This document shows positions 58,543 to 64,000 of a DNA stretch of 64,000 nt, piece by piece. The stretch lies in the NCBI GenBank assembly GCA_963730935.1, contig CAVSTP010000004.1, forward strand, positions 192,001-256,000, in the 5' to 3' direction. This DNA comes from an uncultured Nitrospiraceae bacterium. Its GTDB lineage: Bacteria > Nitrospirota > Nitrospiria > Nitrospirales > Nitrospiraceae. The notes beneath the pieces are model-generated. The model made no database searches, was not told the origin of the DNA, and saw only the letters and a program-made list of their open reading frames with translations. Numbering within the stretch: the first letter of the stretch is position 1; every line of letters begins with the position of its first letter. A program made the position numbers and the translations under genes.

Positions 58543-58592
58543 ACTCGGAGTACCCCGAGTGCTCAGGTGTATCAGCTAGGGGATGGCCTAGT
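58543..58592. promoter_or_regulatory. Two palindromic boxes (ACTCGGA-GTAC-CCCGAGT; GCTAGGG-GATG-GCCTAGT)
   Basis: Two matches 32 bp apart between the divergent ferritin and NarL regulator genes. Confidence 0.6.
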
Positions 58593-58710
58593 TCTGGCAT
58601 ACACCTAAGTCGAGGTAAAAAAAGGGAGCGGTTTATTTCCTTGAACCGAGGTGGCGCGTTTGTACCATGATTGGGGGCGGTTGTTTTTCGGTTGAACTGG
58701 ACCAACATCA

Positions 58711-59370
58711 ATGTCTTTACATACGCATACTGCAAAGGTGCTCCTGGTCGACGATCATCCTCTCGTCCTAGAGAGCATCCGACAGCTGCTCGAGTCTCAT
58801 TTCACCATCGTGGGCATGGTGCAGGACTCTGGGGAGATCATTAGCCGTGCATTGGAGCAACGGCCGGATGTTATCCTATTGGACGCCTGCATGCCCGGTC
58901 TCAGCGGGTTCGCAGCGACCAAGCAACTCAAAAAACTGCTTCCATCCGTCAAGGTTATCCTTGTGACGATGCTCACGGAAGCCATTTCCATCAGCGAGGC
59001 ATTCCGGGCCGGTGCGAGCGGCTATGTGCTGAAGCAGTCGGCGTCGGATGAACTGCACGCGGCGATCGAGAGCGTGCTGGCGAACAAGCGTTTCTTATCC
59101 AAGAAGATCGATGCGGAAGTACGGGAAGCGGTGGAGCACGAGTGGTTCAGACCGGAAGGTTACTCAAGCGATTTGACCGGCCGCCAGCGGGAGATTTTGG
59201 TGTTGCTGGCCGAAGGGCGGTCGACCCGGCATATTGCGCAGCAACTCAGCATTTCAATGAAGACGGTAGAGTTTCACAAGGCCAACATCACGCGCAAGCT
59301 CGGTGTTCATACTACATCGGACCTGATCAAGTTTGCCCTCGCTCAAGGCATCACTACGCTGCAGTTCTAA
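58711..59370 (+). CDS. NarL/LuxR-family response regulator
   Basis: VDDH, LLDACMP, LTGRQREIL, SMKTVEFHK. Confidence 0.92.
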   Translation: MSLHTHTAKVLLVDDHPLVLESIRQLLESHFTIVGMVQDSGEIISRALEQRPDVILLDACMPGLSGFAATKQLKKLLPSVKVILVTMLTEAISISEAFRAGASGYVLKQSASDELHAAIESVLANKRFLSKKIDAEVREAVEHEWFRPEGYSSDLTGRQREILVLLAEGRSTRHIAQQLSISMKTVEFHKANITRKLGVHTTSDLIKFALAQGITTLQF

Positions 59371-59371
59371 G

Positions 59372-59506
59372 CCGAGACTTCCGGTCTCGGATCTCAAATT
59401 CAAATCTGAAATCTTGATTACACAGGTTTGAGTACACCGGTAGGATCTTGCCCAAATCTGAGATTTGAGACCTGAGATTGGAAATCCGCAATTGAGACAA
59501 TTGCGG
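59372..59506. repeat. Heptamer repeat tracts plus two hairpins between convergent regulators
   Basis: CCGAGAC/GTCTCGG and CCGCAATTG/CAATTGCGG stems flank atctcaa-attcaaa-tctgaaa and aaatctg-agatttg-agacctg-agattgg. Confidence 0.55.
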
Positions 59507-60172
59507 TTAGTGGATTGAGGTCAGTCCTGCCGCGATCGCGTATTTTGTCAGTTCTGCGGCCGTCCGGAGCCTCAACTCCTTCATGATGCGCGTCTTGTGA
59601 AATTCAACCGTCTTCACGGAGACGTTGAGAATTGAAGCGATTTCCTTCGTCGCCTTTCCCTCGGCTACCAACTGCAACACTTCCCGCTGCCGCGAGCTCA
59701 ACGTCTGGGCGAACCCCACATTGACCTCTCCAGGTCCGGAGGCGGGTGTGGGATTGACCGCCTGATCCACGAGGCTCTGTGCCACCATTGGCGAAACGAA
59801 TGTGCGTCCTTTCACCACTTCGCGGATGGCCTGGACCAATTCGGAGCCGACAGACTGTTTGAGCACGTAACCCGAGACACCCACCCGGAACGCTTGCGTT
59901 ACGAAGTTAGGCTCCGAGTGCATGGTCAATACAATGATTTTGAGATTGGGATTGTTCTTCTTCAGCTGCTGGGACGCATCGAGGCCGTTTAACAGCGGGA
60001 GGGAAATGTCGACCACGACGATATCCGGTTGAAGTTTTGCCGCCGCCGCCACCAGGGAACGACCGTCGGCCACGATGCCGACCAATTCGTACTCCGGTTC
60101 CAACAGCTTCTGAATGCCCTCTGCCACGAGGACGTGATCGTCTGCAAGAAGAATTCGATAGGTTTCAGACAT
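59507..60172 (-). CDS. NarL/LuxR-family response regulator
   Basis: LADDH, VDISLP, LTMH, LSSRQREVL, SVKTVEFHK. Confidence 0.93.
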   Translation of the reverse strand: MSETYRILLADDHVLVAEGIQKLLEPEYELVGIVADGRSLVAAAAKLQPDIVVVDISLPLLNGLDASQQLKKNNPNLKIIVLTMHSEPNFVTQAFRVGVSGYVLKQSVGSELVQAIREVVKGRTFVSPMVAQSLVDQAVNPTPASGPGEVNVGFAQTLSSRQREVLQLVAEGKATKEIASILNVSVKTVEFHKTRIMKELRLRTAAELTKYAIAAGLTSIH

Positions 60173-60277
60173 AGAGTCACCCTCGCAAGGATTAAAGAGA
60201 AACGCTAGTGCCTTGCTGTATGAAAGAAGTGTACCTGTATCCTCTAAGCAGTCTCAAGGGGGGTAACAGGGCCTTAA

Positions 60278-60295
60278 TCAAGGGATTCTCCTAGT
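60278..60295. promoter_or_regulatory. Palindromic box TCAAGGG-ATTC-TCCTAGT
   Basis: Motif match upstream of NarL regulator 59507-60172. Confidence 0.45.
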
Positions 60296-60868
60296 GCATG
60301 CACCGTTTTATGCGGTCGGGTGTGGGTGAATAGCTACATGACGGGCAGTCTTGGGGGTTGCTCAAAGAGCCGGAGTGATCTCGGGTTGCTGCCTCGGCCT
60401 CAGATCGTGGCTCGGCGGCGCGGTGCGCCGAGCCCATGTGGTTCGAAGGCTCTCCACGCGCGTGAAATTTTTGTGCGGTAGTTTTCTTGTCATCTCTCGG
60501 ACTGAGTCCCTCGGAAAAAATCTCCCGGGGAAGAAAACTCCACCCGAAATTCCACGACTCATACCACGGAAACGCTCAACAAGGGTGATCCCGCAACACT
60601 GCTTCCACTCGTTCGGACAACGTGTCCTTTACGACCCTATTTCAGGACACGTTGTCCTGCTTTTCCGGTCCCTCTCTGGCAGCAACCCTTGAAAACCTCC
60701 CGGGTGTCCCCTACTACTTGAGCGTGCGGTTCTTGCTGAACGGACGGCAGCGCGCCTGACTATCGGTGCAACGCGAGTGAGGCCGCAGCACCGGCGACCA
60801 TTGACCCACGCGTGGGCGCTCTGTAGACGCAGAGCCGTGGGGTTTGTCATCGAAAGGAGATTGTCACC

Positions 60869-61030
60869 ATGAGGATTACACTTCCGCTTACAACACGCAT
60901 GCTACGGAGATGGGTGTGTGGCGCCCTTTCATCTTGCGATTGCGCATGCAGCAGCGGCGGAGACGATGGCGGCGCCGGAGGCGGGATCCCACCGCCAAGC
61001 AGCGGCGGCAAGAGCCAGTCAGGTAGGCAG
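60869..61030 (+). pseudogene. Probable lipoprotein N-terminal remnant
   Basis: AAAGGAG RBS; ACSSGGDDGGAGGG lipoprotein-like start with a garbled h-region; runs into the convergent gene. Confidence 0.35.
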
Positions 61031-61071
61031 TTTCAGAACTCTAGTTGGGGCGAGTGTGGAGTCTTCGCCTG

Positions 61072-61461
61072 TCAGCACGCGACATCGACAGCCGGATCGC
61101 AGAGAAGCGGTCCGACTGTCGACGGCCTCATGTACTGCGCGGCAGGATCTCTGGCTCCCAGTGGACTGTTCAAGGCTGGACCGCCAGGCATTCCTGGTAA
61201 GCCGCGTCCCGCACCTAAAAATACGGGCGTGCTGCCCGGCTCACCGGCAGCCGGTTTGAGCTGATTGGTGGTCGCAGGCGTTATGACGTTTGCAGGAAGT
61301 CCACGCGTCGGCGCCGATGCCGGTTGAACGGGTGAGATGGTGACCGATGACGCCTGAGAATTTTGGGCTTGGCTTCCGCCTGGTAATGTCTGGGCGAACC
61401 CCGGCGAGAGGGCAAGTGAGAGGAAGAAGCTCAGTGCGGCGATGCCCATCCCACGTTTCAT
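61072..61461 (-). CDS. Exported hypothetical protein
   Basis: Signal peptide ending GFA; GAGRGLPGMPGGP; C-terminal CDPAVDVAC. Confidence 0.65.
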   Translation of the reverse strand: MKRGMGIAALSFFLSLALSPGFAQTLPGGSQAQNSQASSVTISPVQPASAPTRGLPANVITPATTNQLKPAAGEPGSTPVFLGAGRGLPGMPGGPALNSPLGARDPAAQYMRPSTVGPLLCDPAVDVAC

Positions 61462-61536
61462 GCCTGTATTCTACTGTATCTGGTGCAATGCGCGCCAGAA
61501 ATTCACATACCTCTCCCATAACCGGGATCGCCATCC

Positions 61537-62025
61537 ATGGTCATTGTGCTCATGGGCGCCGCCGGTGCCGGCAAGACAACCGTCGGACGCCAATTGTCCG
61601 AAGAACTGCGGTGGCCATTTCTCGATGGCGACGAAGTTCATCCTCACGAGAACATCGCCAAAATGAGTCGAGGCATGCCACTCACCGATGAGGACCGCCG
61701 TCCGTGGATGCAAGCACTCAGAAAGTCGATTGCCGAATGGCTAGAGCAGGGCATAAACGCGGTTCTAACCTGTTCACTGCTCACGCACGCGCACCGCGCT
61801 GCCGTCCTTGCAGGGTATGAGCCTCACGTCAAGCTCGCGTACCTCCAAGCCTCACGCGCACTTTTACGGGAGCGCCTGACAACTCGCACTGGTCACTTCG
61901 CCGGCGTCGCGCTCCTCGAAAGCCAGTTGGCGCTTTTGGAAGAACCTTCAGACGCGTTGGTGCTCGACGCCTCCAGGCTGCCGGAACAGCTGGTTCAGAC
62001 CATCCGGGCTGCTTTCCGTCTATGA
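61537..62025 (+). CDS. gntK: Gluconokinase
   Basis: MGAAGAGKTT, DGDEVH..NIAKM..G.PLTDEDR.PW, CS, GHF, LLESQL..LEEP. Confidence 0.9.
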   Translation: MVIVLMGAAGAGKTTVGRQLSEELRWPFLDGDEVHPHENIAKMSRGMPLTDEDRRPWMQALRKSIAEWLEQGINAVLTCSLLTHAHRAAVLAGYEPHVKLAYLQASRALLRERLTTRTGHFAGVALLESQLALLEEPSDALVLDASRLPEQLVQTIRAAFRL

Positions 62026-62033
62026 CACCCCCT

Positions 62034-62402
62034 TTACTCACCAGGATTGGCAGGCGTCTTCGTCGCCTCCTTGACTGGGGGCTCAATCTTAATCTGCGGT
62101 CCCTCAACTTTCGGCAGCAGTCCCGCGCCGGGGTTTTCGAGCACTCGCTGGTCATTGACATCGCGTGGAAGGTTCTGCTTTGAGTGCTGATCGTCAAACA
62201 TGGCGGCTTGCTCGAGGGCCTTGGCACCTGTGGCGTTCTTCTGACCAGGATCATTGCCCAACGACTTTCCAGTGACGGGGTCGGTCGCTTTTCCCATAGG
62301 ATATCCTTCGTGCTTCGGGAGCATGCCCGGGTTCGCGGAAGCGTACACGGCGGTGAATATCAGCATCGCAACACTGAGTCCGATGGTTTGGAAGGCAGAC
62401 AT
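62034..62402 (-). CDS. Exported hypothetical protein
   Basis: AAAGGAGG RBS, signal ending ASA, NPGMLPKHEGYP, GAGLLPKVEGP. Confidence 0.72.
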   Translation of the reverse strand: MSAFQTIGLSVAMLIFTAVYASANPGMLPKHEGYPMGKATDPVTGKSLGNDPGQKNATGAKALEQAAMFDDQHSKQNLPRDVNDQRVLENPGAGLLPKVEGPQIKIEPPVKEATKTPANPGE

Positions 62403-62598
62403 GTGGTCCTCCTTTCGCAGGACAGGCTTGTGGCGAAGTCAGTAGAGGTCGGAGTTGTGGGATCGGAGGCCTGACCGGTGGCGTTGGGGGCTGAGGATCA
62501 GGCAGCGGAGGCTGAGGCGGTGGAAACGGATCAGGGCTCGGCGGAGGCGGTGGATCCGGGTCAGGATTATCTCGAGCGATGAAGACGGCTCGACTCAT
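62251..62598 (-). CDS. Proline-rich microprotein (3' end uncertain, overlaps the next gene)
   Basis: DNPDPDPPPPPSPDPFPPPQPPLPDPQPPTPP. Confidence 0.35.
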   Translation of the reverse strand: MSRAVFIARDNPDPDPPPPPSPDPFPPPQPPLPDPQPPTPPVRPPIPQLRPLLTSPQACPAKGGPHVCLPNHRTQCCDADIHRRVRFREPGHAPEARRISYGKSDRPRHWKVVGQ

Positions 62599-62636
62599 GG
62601 AACAGACAGCATAGCAAGAGCCTCCGTGATATGAAG

Positions 62637-62654
62637 CCTCGGTAGTACCCTAGT
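62637..62654. promoter_or_regulatory. Palindromic box CCTCGGT-AGTA-CCCTAGT
   Basis: Motif match in a divergent intergenic region. Confidence 0.45.
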
Positions 62655-62754
62655 CGAGTTGGGCGCCATCGAGTCACAACCGAACAGTCCAGAGAGTTCA
62701 CCAGGTGTGTGCGCCGTGACAGTGGGATAATTGTACAAGTCCAGGGAGGACGGC

Positions 62755-62964
62755 ATGCCCAATCATAAACAGCGGGAAAAGAAGGGTGGGCGAAACAAGT
62801 CGAAGAAGCTTAGAGCCATGAGGCTCTCGGTCGAAGCGCGGCGCGGAGACCGTCCGGGCGAATTGACGCGTGGGCGGTTTAGGAAAGGACTTGCGGATCA
62901 ACCGGACCGCCAGGCATTCAAACCTGGATCGGCCAACGACCTGTATAGCCGTAAAGCCGCCTGA
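62755..62964 (+). CDS. Small basic hypothetical protein
   Basis: GGAGG RBS; Lys/Arg-rich; ends RKAA. Confidence 0.55.
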   Translation: MPNHKQREKKGGRNKSKKLRAMRLSVEARRGDRPGELTRGRFRKGLADQPDRQAFKPGSANDLYSRKAA

Positions 62965-63005
62965 CAGCGACACGCTGACCTAAAAGACAGGAAAAGGAGG
63001 AGATC

Positions 63006-63557
63006 ATGGAACGATCACTGATGGAACAGGCAGGTGCCACAGATGAGCAAATACGCAATGCCATTGATCAGGGTGCGATTACCAAGCAATATTTTGCGCA
63101 ACCGCAATCTGTCGTCAGCTCATTGAATCGCCTTCGCTCCACTGAAATTGCGAGCTATCTGCAATATAAACAGCACGGGTATATGGCCGTGTCGTTGCTG
63201 TCTCCCGGGCTCAAGGCGGAATTCGAAGCGCACGCCGAGCAGGAGTTGGCTCATGCCGACAAGCTGGCCACCCGCATCCAGCAGCTTGGCGGCGTTCCGA
63301 TTTTTGATCTTCAGGAGTTGGCAGGAAAGGCTGCCGCGATCGGGGTTCATCCGGAACAAGGCGCGACGCTCAGCGAAATGGTCATTGAGAATCTGTTGCT
63401 CGAGCGGCGTCAGGTCGAGGCCTACACCGCCCTGATTCGCGAACTTGGGGAGAAGGACCTCATTACGCGTGAACTTCTGCTGGGCATTCTGGCGGAAACG
63501 GAAGCCCATGCGAGCGAATTGGCCGACTTTCTCAAACGCACCAGCGACAAGCGGTGA
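63006..63557 (+). CDS. Ferritin-like (bacterioferritin-related) protein
   Basis: STEIASYLQY, QELAHA, RIQQLGG, LERRQ, ETEAH. Confidence 0.85.
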   Translation: MERSLMEQAGATDEQIRNAIDQGAITKQYFAQPQSVVSSLNRLRSTEIASYLQYKQHGYMAVSLLSPGLKAEFEAHAEQELAHADKLATRIQQLGGVPIFDLQELAGKAAAIGVHPEQGATLSEMVIENLLLERRQVEAYTALIRELGEKDLITRELLLGILAETEAHASELADFLKRTSDKR

Positions 63558-63595
63558 GCGACCACGGCCTAGGAATTCGGTGAACTCTTCACCGG

Positions 63596-64000
63596 TTATG
63601 TTTCGATGCCTGGTCCAAGGCCGATGCGGGCCCTGAGCAAATCGTGGCGGGTGACCGAATAGGCGACCTGGCCTTGTTTAATAACGGGGATGTTCAACAA
63701 GTGTTTCTCGTTCATGAGTCGAATTGCGTCTCGAATCGTGGTGGATTCGTCAGCGACGTAATGATTTCTGTTCATGACCCTGTCGGCAGTGACCTTGCTG
63801 AGGTCCTGGCCCGATTCGATTGCTCCAAGCAGGTCGAACTCGCTGACGAACCCCACGAAACTGCCCGCGTCGTTCACGATCGGCGCGCCGGTTTCATGCG
63901 AGGACAAAAGCTCTAGAGCGATCGCTAATGCTGTTTCCTTTGGTTGAAACCGCAATCCGTTTGTTCCGTCAATCTCACCCAATGTGAGAAATCCGCCTGC
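63596..64000 (-). CDS. CBS-pair protein (5' partial)
   Basis: TGAPIV, GFVSEFDLL, NIPVI, VTRHDLL; frame open to the window edge. Confidence 0.85.
   Translation of the reverse strand, partial: AGGFLTLGEIDGTNGLRFQPKETALAIALELLSSHETGAPIVNDAGSFVGFVSEFDLLGAIESGQDLSKVTADRVMNRNHYVADESTTIRDAIRLMNEKHLLNIPVIKQGQVAYSVTRHDLLRARIGLGPGIET

Noticed and set aside
1..64000. Mobile element or prophage origin of the cluster
   Set aside because: No integrase, transposase, phage gene, tRNA or flanking direct repeat seen in the window

Overview
GC-rich bacterial window; the gene content and the small hypothetical families look Nitrospira-like (inference, not verified). It opens with the 3' end of a polysaccharide-locus gene (heparinase II/III family) and a broken glycosyltransferase. 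The remaining ~62 kb is a general-stress / desiccation / metal / low-oxygen cluster. It holds CzcCBA-type RND efflux, YtxH, CsbD, DUF1328, two BON, PRC-barrel, PepSY, DoxX, a site-2 protease, GH15, GlgX, two hemerythrins, two ferritin-like proteins, a Csp/DUF326 protein, CBS proteins, a DksA/TraR protein, cydAB and PLD-DedA plus EEP. Signalling genes are dense: three NarL/LuxR regulators, one OmpR regulator, an NtrC-type pair, a single-domain receiver and two tandem HisKA_3 hybrid kinases. The strongest unannotated signal is an 18-bp palindrome (ACTAGGG-N4-CCCTAGT) found about 16 times, almost always upstream of genes, including all three NarL regulators and the hybrid kinases. About 8 sigma-54-like promoters and many C-terminal Ala-Ala (ClpXP-type) tails accompany it, and together these suggest an uncharacterised stress regulon. 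Other leads are a metallophosphoesterase/nucleotidyltransferase pair, a CxxxC...RPP leader ORF before czcCBA, a HAD-ATPase fusion, proline-rich microproteins and several gene remnants and single-base frameshifts. I saw no rRNA, tRNA, CRISPR array or transposase. All calls come from reading motifs by eye; no searches were run.
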